Shown: piece after piece, positions 1-10,280 of the stretch
How the letters are laid out: each line of letters begins with the position of its first letter
Position numbering within the stretch: the stretch's first letter is position 1
Assembly (NCBI GenBank): GCA_963702165.1
Contig: OY969722.1
Coordinates: 2,156,693-2,220,692 of the forward strand
Origin: an uncultured Actinomycetota bacterium
Lineage (GTDB): Bacteria; Actinomycetota; Actinomycetes; Actinomycetales; Microbacteriaceae
Length of the DNA: 64,000 nt
Reading direction: 5' to 3'
The notes under the pieces: model-generated
The model's database searches: none
Told to the model about the DNA's origin: nothing
What the model saw: the letters and a program-made list of their open reading frames with translations, nothing else
Position numbers and translations under genes: made by a program

Positions 1-627
1 CCTGCGCAGCCGGGCGCCGATCGGCAGCCAGATGAAGTTGGCGGACAGCAGGCCCCACAGGGTCGCGACGAACGCGGTGGCGATCATCGGGCCGAGCGTG
101 TCTGGGGAGGACAGGTTCTCGAGCACGTGGGTCAGCGAGACCACGGTGCCGATGATGCCGACGGTCGGCGCGTACCCGCCGAGGCTCGTGAAGAACTTCG
201 CTGCGGTGCGGCCCGCCTTCGAGCGGGTCTCGATCTCGTCCTCGAGCAGGATCCGGAGCTCGTCGCCGTCGGTGCCGTCGGCGATGTTCTGCAGCGCACC
301 GCGCAGGAAGGGGTCCTCGACCGTGTCGGCCTCCTGCTCGAGCGAGAGCAGTCCGTCGCGGCGCGCGGTCTCGGCGAGCGCGACGAGATTGTCGATAGTT
401 CGTGCGGCCCGGGCGACCTTGCCGCGGAACGCGTGCGGCATCGCCTTGACCGCGGGGATGAAGTCCCGGAGGGTGCCGCCCGCGATGCCGACGGCGATCG
501 TGCCGACCAGCACGAGGATCATCGGCGCGGGCAGGAGGATCGCGGTGACGTGCGCGCCCTCCAGGGTGATCATGGCGAACAGCGCACCGAACGCGACGAG
601 GATGCCGATCAGTGTTGCCGGATCCAT
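1..627 (-). CDS. motA: Flagellar motor stator protein MotA (3' part runs off the window)
   Basis: Manual translation MDPATLIGILVAFGALFAMITLEG...ARRDGLLSLE...GGYAPTVGIIGTVVSL...ATAFVATLWG; GGAGGA upstream of the ATG; lies downstream of flbD. Confidence 0.93.
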   Translation of the reverse strand, partial: MDPATLIGILVAFGALFAMITLEGAHVTAILLPAPMILVLVGTIAVGIAGGTLRDFIPAVKAMPHAFRGKVARAARTIDNLVALAETARRDGLLSLEQEADTVEDPFLRGALQNIADGTDGDELRILLEDEIETRSKAGRTAAKFFTSLGGYAPTVGIIGTVVSLTHVLENLSSPDTLGPMIATAFVATLWGLLSANFIWLPIGARLRR

Positions 628-918
628 CAGATCCTCCGCGGGCGGCGGATCTCCGCCGTTTCGTGGCCGGGTCGGTTCGACGATGCCCAGCTGCCGGCCG
701 GCATCCGGAGTCCGCCCGCTCGACATGGAGTTCGCAAGCGACACGACACGAGCGCGGTAGGCCGCGATCCGGTCGATGACCTCGGCGATCGACTCGGTGA
801 CGATGTACTTGGCGCCGTCGACCATGACGAGGGTGGTGTCCGGGTTGGCGTGGATGCGCTCGATCAGGTCAGGATTGATCGCGAATTGACTGTCGTTCAG
901 TCGCGTGACAACGATCAT
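627..918 (-). CDS. flbD: FlbD family flagellar protein (reads in-frame into motA in this assembly; end coordinate uncertain)
   Basis: MIVVTRLNDSQFAINPDLIERIHANPDTTLVMVDGAKYIVTES, typical FlbD; between flgE and motA. Confidence 0.88.
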
Positions 919-971
919 CTGATCCATCCCTGGCTTTGCGTCCAGGCTCATCCTGAGCCGTCAGGTGCGAA

Positions 972-999
972 CTGTCGGCCGCTGCATCGCGCTGCGTTA
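972..999 (-). promoter_or_regulatory. sigma28 (FliA/WhiG)-type promoter of flbD-motA
   Basis: TAAC-N16-GCCGACAG on minus strand; same motif at three other flagellar operons. Confidence 0.72.
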
Positions 1000-1101
1000 G
1001 GCCGCGAAACGCCGGATGTGCACCATAACGTCGGCTGCCGCATGCTGCTCCTGAGCGCACGGCTACTGGCGCGCCGGAGCTTGTGGCGACTCGATCGGCG
1101 A

Positions 1102-2276
1102 CTAGCGCTTGAGGTTGGTGAGCTCCTGCAGCACCTCGTCGGAGGTGGTGATGATGCGGGCGTTGGCCTGGAAGCCGCGCTGCGCGACGATGAGGTTGGT
1201 GAACTCCTGCGAGAGGTCGACGTTCGACATCTCGAGCGCTCCGCCCGTGAGGCTGCCGAAGCCGGCAGCGCCCGGGGTGCCGAGCTCGGCGGCCCCGGAG
1301 TTGAAGGTGCCCCGGTAGGCGGAGGCTCCGGCCTTCTCCAGGCCGCCCGGGTTGGTGAAGGTCGCGAGCGCGATGCGCCCGATCGCCTCGGATGCCCCGT
1401 TGCTGAACGATCCGATGATCGTGCCGTCCTTGGCCAGCGTGAACGAGTCGAGGGTGCCGGCGGTGCGCCCGTCCTGTCCGGTCACCGACACGGTGGTCAT
1501 GCCCGCGAACCCGGTGGCGCTGGTGAGGTCGACCGTGACGCCGCCGACGGTGAGCGAGCCGCCCGCGGTCAGCACGCCGTCGACGAAGGTCAGCGCGTCG
1601 GTGCCGGTCGCCACTCCGTCGTCGGCGGCGACATCCCAGGTCCCTGCGCCGGTGTTGGTGAAGGTGAAGGTCAGGGTGCGTGCTGCGCCGGTGGCGTCGA
1701 AGACGTCGACGTCCCGGACGAGCACGTCGCCGACGGCGGCCTCGCCCGGGAGGTTGCCGCCGACCGTGGCCGCCGTCGTCGCGACTGCGGGAGCGACCGC
1801 CTGCAGCGGCAGGCTGATGTCACCGACCGCACCACCGGTGTTGATGACGCCGCCGACCGCGGTCCAGCCCTGCACGATGGCACCGTTCGGGTCCCACCAG
1901 GCGGCCCTGCGCGTCGAAGTCGAACGAGCCCGCGCGCGTGTAGAGGGTCTCCCCACCGAGGTTCGTCACGAAGAAGCCGTCGCCGGAGATCATGATGTCG
2001 GTCGCGCGGCCGGTGGCCTGCGCGGAGCCCTGGGCGAAGTTGGTGGTGATGCCCGCGACCTGCACACCGAGCCCGATCTGCGCCGGGTTGGTGCCGCCGA
2101 CCTGCGCCTTGAGGGGCGCCCGCACCCTGGGTCATCTGCGAGAGGGTGTCCTGGAACTGGGTGGCGGATGCCTTGAACGCGGTGGTGTTGACGTTGGCGA
2201 TGTTGTTGCCGGTGACGTCGAGCATCGTCTGGTGCGAGCGGAGACCGGAGATCCCGGAGTAGAGCGAGCGAAGCAT
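1102..2276 (-). CDS. flgE: Flagellar hook protein FlgE (frameshifted, about two indels)
   Basis: N-term MLRSLYSGISGLRSHQTMLDVTGNNIANVNT; middle GDGFF...YTRAGSF; C-term LEMSNVDLSQEFTNLIVAQRGFQANAR, spread over different frames. Confidence 0.93.
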
Positions 2277-2302
2277 TTCTATGCCTTTCGTTGGTGGTCG
2301 AG

Positions 2303-2732
2303 TCAGGATGCGGCGCGGTTGACGCCGGAGATCAGGTCGAGATTCACTGCAATGCCGTCGATCGTGACGGTGGGGATCTGGTTCGCGAACGACACCGCGC
2401 GAGGCGATGCCGGACACCGTTTCGCCGTTCTCGCCGGCGTAGCTGACTTCCTGGCCGATGAGCGCCGACGCGGCGATGCGCATCTGCAGCGAGAAGTTCT
2501 CCTCGCCCAGCGTCGACAGCCGGGTGAGCTGTTCCATCAACGCCAGTTGGGTGGTCTGGGTGATCATCTGGTTGCTGTCCATCGGCGAGCTGGGGTCCTG
2601 ATTGCGCAGCTGGGTGACCAGCAGCGACAGGAACACTTCGCTGTCCATGGACTGCTTGGGCGTACGCGTCGGCTTGGTCGTGTAGATCCCGGTGGCCTTC
2701 ACCTGGTCGTTGGTCAGTGCATCGACTGTCAC
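2303..2732 (-). CDS. flgD: Flagellar hook capping protein FlgD (one frameshift near 2400)
   Basis: FLSLLVTQLRNQDPSSPMDSNQMITQTTQL motif. Confidence 0.9.
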
Positions 2733-2747
2733 AGTTGCTCCTTCTTC

Positions 2748-3917
2748 TCAGGCGATGACGTCGAGGATCGAAGTCAGCTGGGTCGGGTTCGGCTCGGTTC
2801 GCCGCGGGGAGTCCGCTGTGGCGGGCTTCTCGGCGAACCGGCCGGGAAGATGGCCGCCGGGTTCGTCGCGCTGCCGGTCGCGGGCATCCGGTTCCGACTG
2901 CGCGGACACGTCGAGCTGCGCCTGCAGCCCGGTGGCGGCGAGATCCCGACGAAGATCCGGGAGGATGGCCCGCAATGCGTCCCTGCCCACATCGAGTGGC
3001 GCGAACAGCTCCACCCGAACGCCGTCGGGTCCGACGTGGGCTCGGACGGTGACGGGGCCAAGGTTCTCCGGCGTGACAGTGACAGTGATGACGTGGTCAC
3101 CGTGCGGTGCGCGGGCCAGGTTCACGACAGGGGTGAGCACCTGGCCGGCGAACGGCACCGGCTGTTGCGCTGGGACGGCGGATGCGACGGCCACCGTCGG
3201 CGGTGTCACGGAGGGGGTGAGTGGCGTGATGGGGGCCGCCTGCGGCGCCTCGACGATCGCGGCCGGTGGGGCCGCGGGCGGTGCAGGAGCGCTCTGTGCA
3301 GACTGGTTCGCGGTCTCATGCGCTGGGATCGGCGTCGGGGCGGCTTCGCCGTGCGCTGGAGTAGCGGATGCCGGTGCCGGCGCTGCGACGCGTGTCGCCG
3401 CCGGCTCGGTCGGCGGCGCGTCGGCGGTGGTGAGCGGACGCGGCGCTGACGGGGTGTGCTCGTCGTTCACCTCTGCCGTGCTCAGGATCGGCGCGGCTGC
3501 GGTCGGTGCGGCCGGCTCGGCAGAATCGGCTGGCAGCTGGGTGCCCGCCTGGGCGGCTTGCGGTGTTGCCGCCTCCGGGTCCGCCGCCGGCTGGGCACCG
3601 GTTGCCGGGATCGGTGGCAGCCGGTGACCGCTCGAGGAGGCGGCAACCAGTGCACCCTCCGTCGACTGAGGCAACACGATGCCAACCGGGTTCGTGGCGG
3701 GCGGCGCCGACGCAGCGGATTCTGCGGTCTCCTCAGGCTCCGACGGCAGTTCTGCGTCGGAGCTCAGCGCTGAGGTGATCTCTTCGGCGAGCACTGCGAC
3801 GGCCGAGCTCATGATCGCGGCGAAAGCGTCAATCGACTGTTCGTCGCCGGCCGGCGCGGTTGCATTGGGTCGGGCCGACGCCACCGGCGCCGCCACAGGA
3901 AGGTTGAGGATCGTCAT
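2748..3917 (-). CDS. fliK: Flagellar hook-length control protein FliK-like
   Basis: Long Ala/Pro-rich region, then C-terminal TVTPENLGPVTVRA...LPDLRRDL domain; upstream of flgD. Confidence 0.8.
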   Translation of the reverse strand: MTILNLPVAAPVASARPNATAPAGDEQSIDAFAAIMSSAVAVLAEEITSALSSDAELPSEPEETAESAASAPPATNPVGIVLPQSTEGALVAASSSGHRLPPIPATGAQPAADPEAATPQAAQAGTQLPADSAEPAAPTAAAPILSTAEVNDEHTPSAPRPLTTADAPPTEPAATRVAAPAPASATPAHGEAAPTPIPAHETANQSAQSAPAPPAAPPAAIVEAPQAAPITPLTPSVTPPTVAVASAVPAQQPVPFAGQVLTPVVNLARAPHGDHVITVTVTPENLGPVTVRAHVGPDGVRVELFAPLDVGRDALRAILPDLRRDLAATGLQAQLDVSAQSEPDARDRQRDEPGGHLPGRFAEKPATADSPRRTEPNPTQLTSILDVIA

Positions 3918-4330
3918 CGCGCTGCCCCCCTGCCGACGCTCGCGAATTCGTCGAGCAGGTGCTGCTCGGCGCGCAGTTCTTCGTCGTCCAGAGCGCTGCG
4001 GTGCCGGGCCTCGAGCTTCTCGAGTCCGAGCGCGTCGGCCCGTGACCGGTTCAATCGCACGCCCGCCTCGTCCGCTTCCGCGCGGTGCACCGCCGCGAGG
4101 TCGGCCAGATCGGCGAGCGCCGCCTGCGTTGCGGAACGCGCCGCGGCGATCGCAACCAGGGAGGCAGTGCTCACGGCATCCGGAGCAATTCCGGAGAGCC
4201 CGGTGCGCTCCCCCGCCGCACGTTCGGCGGTGGCGGCGAGCCTGGAGTTCGCGAGCGCAAGGTCACCGGCAGCGGCATCCTTCTCCAATTGCCGCAGACG
4301 CAGCAGACCCGACAATGGGAACCTGGCCAT
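3914..4330 (-). CDS. fliJ: Flagellar export protein FliJ
   Basis: MARFPLSGLLRLRQLE... helical, about 138 aa, immediately after fliI. Confidence 0.75.
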   Translation of the reverse strand: MARFPLSGLLRLRQLEKDAAAGDLALANSRLAATAERAAGERTGLSGIAPDAVSTASLVAIAAARSATQAALADLADLAAVHRAEADEAGVRLNRSRADALGLEKLEARHRSALDDEELRAEQHLLDEFASVGRGAAR

Positions 4331-5655
4331 CACATCACCCCTAACTGCCCGACGAGGGCACGCAACCGACCCCACGACTCCCCGGTCATGGCGGCTTCGT
4401 CGACTCCCTGCCTGAGGAAGGCGTTGATGGCATCCTCGTGAGCGATCGCGGCATCGACCCACCGGTTGCTGCCGTGCTTGTAGGCGCCGACGTCGATGAG
4501 GTCCTGCGCCGACTTGCGCGCGGCAAGCACCGTGCGCAGCGCCGTCGCGGTGAGCGCATCCTCTGGGCTGACCAGCTTGCCGGCGACCCGGGAGACGGAT
4601 GCGAGCGCGTCAACGGCGGGAAAATGCCCTGTCACCGCGAGCTTGCGGTCGAGCACGACGTGGCCATCGAGAATCGAACGCGCGGCGTCTGCGATCGGTT
4701 CATTGTGATCGTCGCCGTCGACCAGCACGGTGTAGATCCCGGTGACCGATCCGGTCTCCGCTGTCCCCGCTCGCTCGAGCAGGCGGGCGAGAAGGGAGAA
4801 CGTCGACGGCGGGTAGCCGCGGGTCGCCGGGGGCTCACCGACGGAGAGCCCGATCTCGCGCTGTGCCATCGCCACGCGAGTGAGCGAATCCATCATGAGC
4901 AGCACGTCAGCGCCGGTGTCCCTGAACGATTCGGCGATCCTGGTGGCGACGAACGCAGCCCGCTGCCGCATCAGCGCCGGTTCGTCCGAGGTCGAGACCA
5001 CGACGATGGAGCGCGCGAGCCCAGCCGGACCCAGGTCGTCCTCGAGGAATTCGCGCACCTCGCGTCCTCGCTCGCCGACGAGCGCGATCACCGACACGGT
5101 CGCATCCGTGCCCCTGGCGATCATCGACAGCAATGACGACTTGCCGACCCCTGAACCCGCGAACAGCCCGAGCCGTTGGCCGCGCCCGACGGTGGTTAGC
5201 GTGTCGAGCACGCGAACCCCAAGCGGCAATTCGGTGTCGATGCGCGCACGGCGCATCGCGGACGGGGTGTCGTTGTCGATCGGCACCAGCCCGTCGTGCG
5301 CGAGCGGTCCCTTGTCGTCTATCGGGCGCCCGAGGCCGTCGATGACCCGGCCGAGCAGACCGCGACCGGTCGGCACGAGCTGCGGCCGCAGCCGTGAGCG
5401 CGCCGGAGAGCCCGCGCTGACACCGTTCATCCGCGTCAGCGGCATGCACCGGATGCCGTCCCGCGTGGTCGCGATCACCTCGGCGTCGATGAACGGGCCG
5501 TCGCCGATGGTGACCAGCTCGCCGATCGCGCAGTCCAGTCCGACCACCTCGATCCCGAGGCCGACCACCGACGTGACGGTGCCGACCTTCTGCGGCCGGG
5601 CAGCAAGAGCCGCGTCAGCGAACCGGGCTCGAACGGTGGTGTCGGTCAGCGTCAT
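4330..5655 (-). CDS. fliI: Flagellar export ATPase FliI
   Basis: Walker A AGSGVGKS, LVGERGREVREF, GEPPATRGYPPS. Confidence 0.96.
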   Translation of the reverse strand: MTLTDTTVRARFADAALAARPQKVGTVTSVVGLGIEVVGLDCAIGELVTIGDGPFIDAEVIATTRDGIRCMPLTRMNGVSAGSPARSRLRPQLVPTGRGLLGRVIDGLGRPIDDKGPLAHDGLVPIDNDTPSAMRRARIDTELPLGVRVLDTLTTVGRGQRLGLFAGSGVGKSSLLSMIARGTDATVSVIALVGERGREVREFLEDDLGPAGLARSIVVVSTSDEPALMRQRAAFVATRIAESFRDTGADVLLMMDSLTRVAMAQREIGLSVGEPPATRGYPPSTFSLLARLLERAGTAETGSVTGIYTVLVDGDDHNEPIADAARSILDGHVVLDRKLAVTGHFPAVDALASVSRVAGKLVSPEDALTATALRTVLAARKSAQDLIDVGAYKHGSNRWVDAAIAHEDAINAFLRQGVDEAAMTGESWGRLRALVGQLGVM

Positions 5656-6254
5656 GATGCCTCCCCGAGCAGCGCACCGCGGGCGCGTTCGATGGCGCTG
5701 GTGATCCCTGCGTCCAGGAAGCCATCCGGAAGTTCCGCTACCGCATCGCCGCGCCGCAGTGCCGGATCGGCGCGAAACTCGAGACCGGTCGTCGCCGCGG
5801 GATCGAGCGCGGCAAGGTCGGAGGGGTTCAGGCGCACCGACACCACGAGCGCGGTGTCGGCGTGCGCGAGGACGCGGTGCACCGCGGCGCGCGCCGATGC
5901 GGTGTCGTCGCGCAGTTCGTGTCCGACGATGGCCTCCGCCAGGTCGATGGCACCTGCGGCGATCAGGTCCTGGGCGTCCGCGAGCACCGGGGTCGTGCAG
6001 TCACGCACCGCACGCGCCGCAGCCTCGAGAACCGCGAGCGCAGCGCGGCACTCGACGTCATGTTGCGCATTCCTCGCCGCGTACTCCGCTTCCTTACGGG
6101 CCAGCCACTCCTCCTGCTCGCGCGCGGCAGCGCGCAGGCCGGCGGCGAACCCGGCGGCGTGTCCCCGGATGCGTTCACCCGCGTCGCGGGAGGACGGCAC
6201 CGCGACCTGCACGGCCGGGAAGGCCGCGGGCGAGAACTCGGCATCAGTAGACAT
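5652..6254 (-). CDS. fliH: Flagellar assembly protein FliH
   Basis: GHAAGFAAG GxxxG repeats, VRLNPSD...ADPALRRGD; between fliG and fliI. Confidence 0.85.
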   Translation of the reverse strand: MSTDAEFSPAAFPAVQVAVPSSRDAGERIRGHAAGFAAGLRAAAREQEEWLARKEAEYAARNAQHDVECRAALAVLEAAARAVRDCTTPVLADAQDLIAAGAIDLAEAIVGHELRDDTASARAAVHRVLAHADTALVVSVRLNPSDLAALDPAATTGLEFRADPALRRGDAVAELPDGFLDAGITSAIERARGALLGEAS

Positions 6255-7269
6255 ATTCGTCCTCGTCGACGCGCTGCACCGTGATCGCACCCTGCGACTC
6301 CATGTCGCGGATCGCGCGCACGACCTCTGCGCGGGCCTCCTCGACCTGGGACAGGCGCATAGGGCCGAGGCTCGCGGCCTCGCCGTCGAGCAGTTCCCTG
6401 TTGCGTTCGGACAGGTTGCTGCGGATGACCTCGATGACCGCCTCGCTCGTGCCCTTCATCGCGGTCGCCAGCACCGTCGGGTCGATGCCGCGCAGCACCT
6501 GCTGCACGTCGCGGCGCTCGAATTTCACGATGTCCGAGAAGGTCAGCATCCGGGATCGCACCTCTTCGGCGAGTTCCGGGTCGCGTTCCTCGAGTGCCTC
6601 CAGGAGCGCCCGCTCCGTCGCGACGTCCGCCCTGTTGATGATGTCCACCAGCGGTTGGATGCCGCCGACCACCTGGTTGGCTTCGCGCGAGGAGACGACC
6701 GCTCCGGCCCGCTGCTTGAGAGTGTCGGTGACGATGCGCACGGCCTCTGGCGGCGCCGGGTTCATGGTGGCGATGCACTCGGCAACGTCGGTGCGCAGCA
6801 CTTCGTCCAGTCCGGACATCACCTGGGAGGCGAGCTCCGGGCGCAGGTGGGCGAGGACCAGCGCGATGGTCTGGGGCAGTTCGCCCTCGAGCATGCCCTG
6901 CACCTGCGCCGGTTCTGCGGCATCCAGGAACTCGAACGCCTTGCCCGCCATCGACGAGGTCACCCGGCTCATCAGCCCCGCCGCACGCTCGGCGCCGAAG
7001 GACGCCTCGAGCAGGCCGGTCGCGACATCCTTGCCGCCGCGCGCAGCGGTGGTGCCGCGCATCGCCAGCTGGTGGAACTCGGCCAGCGTCGCTTGAGCCA
7101 CCTGGGGATCCACGCGCCGCAGTCGCACGATCTCGGCGACGATCTCTTCCGCCTCGGGCTCGCTGAAGCGCTTCAGAACCTCGGCCGCCCGTTGGGGGTC
7201 GAGGTTCATCAGCACGACGGCAACCTTCTGCGTGCCGTTCAGAACGGTTGGTGTTGCGACTTCGCTCAT
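6244..7269 (-). CDS. fliG: Flagellar motor switch protein FliG
   Basis: GTQKVAVVLM, ELPQTIALVLAHL, MLTFSDI, LGPMRLSQVEEA. Confidence 0.95.
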   Translation of the reverse strand: MSEVATPTVLNGTQKVAVVLMNLDPQRAAEVLKRFSEPEAEEIVAEIVRLRRVDPQVAQATLAEFHQLAMRGTTAARGGKDVATGLLEASFGAERAAGLMSRVTSSMAGKAFEFLDAAEPAQVQGMLEGELPQTIALVLAHLRPELASQVMSGLDEVLRTDVAECIATMNPAPPEAVRIVTDTLKQRAGAVVSSREANQVVGGIQPLVDIINRADVATERALLEALEERDPELAEEVRSRMLTFSDIVKFERRDVQQVLRGIDPTVLATAMKGTSEAVIEVIRSNLSERNRELLDGEAASLGPMRLSQVEEARAEVVRAIRDMESQGAITVQRVDEDEYVY

Positions 7270-8846
7270 GCGGGCTGCCGATCGTCCATCAGACTTCGCA
7301 GGACCTCGGCGGTGCGCTGCGGGTCGCGCTCGGCGAGCGCTTCGATCTCTGCCCGGGCGCGCGCAGAGTCACTGCCGGCATCCGGTGCGGGCGGCGCCGC
7401 CGGCAGCTCGGCAGGCGGCGTGGTGGCTGAAAGCAGCGGCACGGTTTGGGCCGGTCCGTAGAGCATGTCCTTCAGTTCGCCGATCTCGACAGCGTCACGA
7501 TCTCGCTGCGACCGTCGGGACAGCAGCACGATGGCGACGACGATGAGCACCGCGAGCCCGAGCACGATGGCAACCGTGGTGATCAGGGTGGTGAGCCGTT
7601 CCGCGGCTGCTTCCGCCTCCGCTGCCGCCAGCGCCTCGGCCGCGGCCGCAGCGCCGGCTGCGTTGAACGGCACGACTTCGACGGTGACCTCGTCGCCTCG
7701 TTCGGCGTTGATGCCCGCCGCCGCGGCGACCAGTGCGGAGATGTTGGCGATGTTCAGGTCGGCCGCCGCGGCCTCGTTGAGGGCCACTGAGACGGTCTGC
7801 CTGGTGATCGCGCCAGCCGGGATGGTGCGCGTTTCGGTGACCTTGTTGACCGCGTTGTTCCGGGTGACCGACTCCGACGTGTACACACCGTCCTGCTCGC
7901 CGCCCGGGACTGCGATGTTGTCGGGACCCAGCACCCCGGTCGCCGCGCGGCCGCCGTCATGCGTCTCGGTGTGGGTGGACTCGTTGAGTGCCGGGGCGTC
8001 ATCCGGGACCGTGAACTGCTCCTCGAGACGCTGAGCGGACTCGTAGCTCATGTCCGCTGAGACGACGACGGTCGCGTTGCCGACACCGGCGACGCGGTCG
8101 AGCATGGCCTGCACCGCCTGGCGGACGCGTTCCTCGTAGTCGGACCCGCGCTGGTCGGCGGTGCCGGTGGCACCGACTCCGACGGCCGAGAGCACCATCC
8201 CGTCGGCGTCGACCACCGCGACGTTGGCTGCCTTCATGCCATCGATGGACGCCGAGGTGAGCTGCACGATCGCCTGAACCTGCTCGGCGCTGAGATCGAC
8301 CCCGCGCACGGTCTCCACGAAGACCGATGCGGTCGGCTCCTGCCGTTCCGAGACGAAGACGCTGTCTTCGGGGATGGCGAGGCGCACCGATGCCACCTTG
8401 ACGTCCTTCATCGCGCCGATCGTCGCGGCAAGCTCCCCTTCGAGCGCGCGCTTGTAGGTGACCGACTGCTGGAAGTCCGACGAGGTGACGCCCATGTCAT
8501 CGAGCAGCGAGTAGCCGCCGTTGCTGGATGACGGGAGTCCGGCAGCGGCGGCCTTCAGGCGCTGGTCGTAGACGTACTGCTCTGGCACGAGGATGCTTCC
8601 CCCACCGCCGGTCAGCTCGTACGGCACACTCTCGGCGCGCAGTTGCTCGACGATCGCGCTCGCATCCTTGGGCGCCAACCCGGAGAACAGGGGCGTGTAG
8701 GTGGGGCGGCTCAGCCAGATGCCCAGGGTTGCCACGCCGAGCACGAGCACCGCGAGCCCGATGATCGCGATCGTGCGCTGGGCGATGGTGAACTCACGGA
8801 CGCCCGAAACGAACCGCCTGAGTGCGGTGGAGACTTGGGTCGGCAT
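7266..8846 (-). CDS. fliF: Flagellar MS-ring protein FliF
   Basis: Two TM segments, YTPLFSGL, YKRALEGELAATI, PTASVFV. Confidence 0.95.
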   Translation of the reverse strand: MPTQVSTALRRFVSGVREFTIAQRTIAIIGLAVLVLGVATLGIWLSRPTYTPLFSGLAPKDASAIVEQLRAESVPYELTGGGGSILVPEQYVYDQRLKAAAAGLPSSSNGGYSLLDDMGVTSSDFQQSVTYKRALEGELAATIGAMKDVKVASVRLAIPEDSVFVSERQEPTASVFVETVRGVDLSAEQVQAIVQLTSASIDGMKAANVAVVDADGMVLSAVGVGATGTADQRGSDYEERVRQAVQAMLDRVAGVGNATVVVSADMSYESAQRLEEQFTVPDDAPALNESTHTETHDGGRAATGVLGPDNIAVPGGEQDGVYTSESVTRNNAVNKVTETRTIPAGAITRQTVSVALNEAAAADLNIANISALVAAAAGINAERGDEVTVEVVPFNAAGAAAAAEALAAAEAEAAAERLTTLITTVAIVLGLAVLIVVAIVLLSRRSQRDRDAVEIGELKDMLYGPAQTVPLLSATTPPAELPAAPPAPDAGSDSARARAEIEALAERDPQRTAEVLRSLMDDRQPA

Positions 8847-9151
8847 CAGGCCTGCATCCTCATGATCTCGTTGAAGGCGTCGACACCCTTGTTCCGCACC
8901 GCGGCGATCAGCTCGAGGGTGACCTGCGCGCGGGTCGCGGCGATGGTGGCCTGGTGGATGTCGGCGAGGTCACCGGTGACCGCCTTGATGGCGAGCCGGT
9001 CGGCGTCGGCCTGCAGCCCGGCGAGGCCGTCGATCGCGGTCGAGAGCGAACCGGCGAAGGCGCCGTCGCCTGCGGCACCAGAGGCGCGCGACGGGTCCAC
9101 GTAGCCGGTCGGCGTGACGCCCGTGACGGAGCTGACGGCGGGGATCATCAT
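8846..9151 (-). CDS. fliE: Flagellar hook-basal body protein FliE
   Basis: DIHQATIAATRAQVTLELIAAVRNKGVDAFNEIMRMQA. Confidence 0.92.
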   Translation of the reverse strand: MMIPAVSSVTGVTPTGYVDPSRASGAAGDGAFAGSLSTAIDGLAGLQADADRLAIKAVTGDLADIHQATIAATRAQVTLELIAAVRNKGVDAFNEIMRMQA

Positions 9152-9540
9152 GCACGTCCGATCTGCAGTGCGGCCTGGTAAGACTCCTTGGCCCGGTCGA
9201 CGACCGCGGCATTCGCCTGGTAGCCGCGCTGAGCGAGGATCAGCTGGCTCATCTGTGACGCCAGGTCGATGTCTGGGTAGCGCACGTAGCCCGCTTCGTC
9301 GGCGAGCGGGTGGTCCGGCTCGTAGACGACACGGCCCTCGCCGTCCCCGAACGCCGCTCCTGCGACGTAGACGCCTGAGGTCCCGCGGCCCTCTTCCGCG
9401 ATGACGTAACGGGCGCGGAACGCCTCTCCGTCGGTGCTCGCCGCGGTGTTGATGTTCGCGAGGTTGTCGGACACCGCATCCAGCCACTTCCGGTGCACGT
9501 TGAGGCCGGTGCCGGCGATGCCGATCGCGTCAAAGGTCAT
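9148..9540 (-). CDS. flgC: Flagellar basal-body rod protein FlgC
   Basis: DNLANINT, YEPDHPLADEAGYVRYPDID, AQRGYQANA. Confidence 0.95.
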   Translation of the reverse strand: MTFDAIGIAGTGLNVHRKWLDAVSDNLANINTAASTDGEAFRARYVIAEEGRGTSGVYVAGAAFGDGEGRVVYEPDHPLADEAGYVRYPDIDLASQMSQLILAQRGYQANAAVVDRAKESYQAALQIGRA

Positions 9541-9881
9541 GAGTTGGTCCTCATCGCTGCGCGCAGCTTGGCTGTTTCGCCATCGATCGCGCGCGCGGCG
9601 AACTGGAAGCGCAGCACGGTGTCGATGTTGGACAGCGTCTCGGTGTCGAGGTTGACGTTGTTGCCATCGAGCCGGGTCGGTTCGAGTGAGCGGGCCACTG
9701 TCGCCTCGGCGCTTCCGTCACCGCGGTTCACCGACCTGGCGAGGGCATCCTCGAAGAGCACCCGCTTGGACTGGTAGCCGGGCGTGTTGACATTGGCGAT
9801 GTTGTTCGCGATCGTGCGCTGCCGCAACGCGAGGCCATCGAGGGCGCTGGTCAGCGCGAGCGAGGTGACCGAATTGAACAC
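9537..9881 (-). CDS. flgB: Flagellar basal-body rod protein FlgB
   Basis: RQRTIANNIANVNTPGY, DGNNVNLDTE. Confidence 0.95.
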   Translation of the reverse strand: MFNSVTSLALTSALDGLALRQRTIANNIANVNTPGYQSKRVLFEDALARSVNRGDGSAEATVARSLEPTRLDGNNVNLDTETLSNIDTVLRFQFAARAIDGETAKLRAAMRTNS

Positions 9882-9958
9882 GCAGATCCCGTTTCGTAAG
9901 GTGCAACGTCGGCCGGTCCCTGGCCCATTACGAGAACGATCCCTGTCCTCGTCTCTTG

Positions 9959-9985
9959 CTATCGGCCGGTATTCCTCACGCGTTA
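9959..9985 (-). promoter_or_regulatory. sigma28-type promoter of the flgB basal-body/hook operon
   Basis: TAAC-N15-GCCGATAG on minus strand. Confidence 0.8.
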
Positions 9986-9992
9986 GGAAGAT

Positions 9993-10280
9993 TCAGCCGG
10001 TCACGTCGAGATAGACGGAGGCAGCATCCGGTCGCAGCGCGGGCACGGCCCGGATCGCAGCGAGGTGGCCGGCGGTCTCAACCTGCAGGTCGCCCAGCTT
10101 GCGGATCGCTCGCTGTTGCACCTCGAGGACCCGGCTGGCCCGCTCGTGCAGGTCATCAGGCAGTGCGCCGAGGTCGCCAGGGGGGTTCCAGTTTGCCGGC
10201 ACGCCGTACGGGGCCGACTTCGCGGCCAGCTCGAGGGCGGCGAGGGCGCGCTCCCACGCCTCGAAGTCCTGGTCAGGCAA
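9993..10280 (-). CDS. Hypothetical helical protein at the FliT position
   Basis: About 95 aa ORF (TTG start assumed) overlapping the fliS stop; amphipathic helices. Confidence 0.6.
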   Translation of the reverse strand: MPDQDFEAWERALAALELAAKSAPYGVPANWNPPGDLGALPDDLHERASRVLEVQQRAIRKLGDLQVETAGHLAAIRAVPALRPDAASVYLDVTG

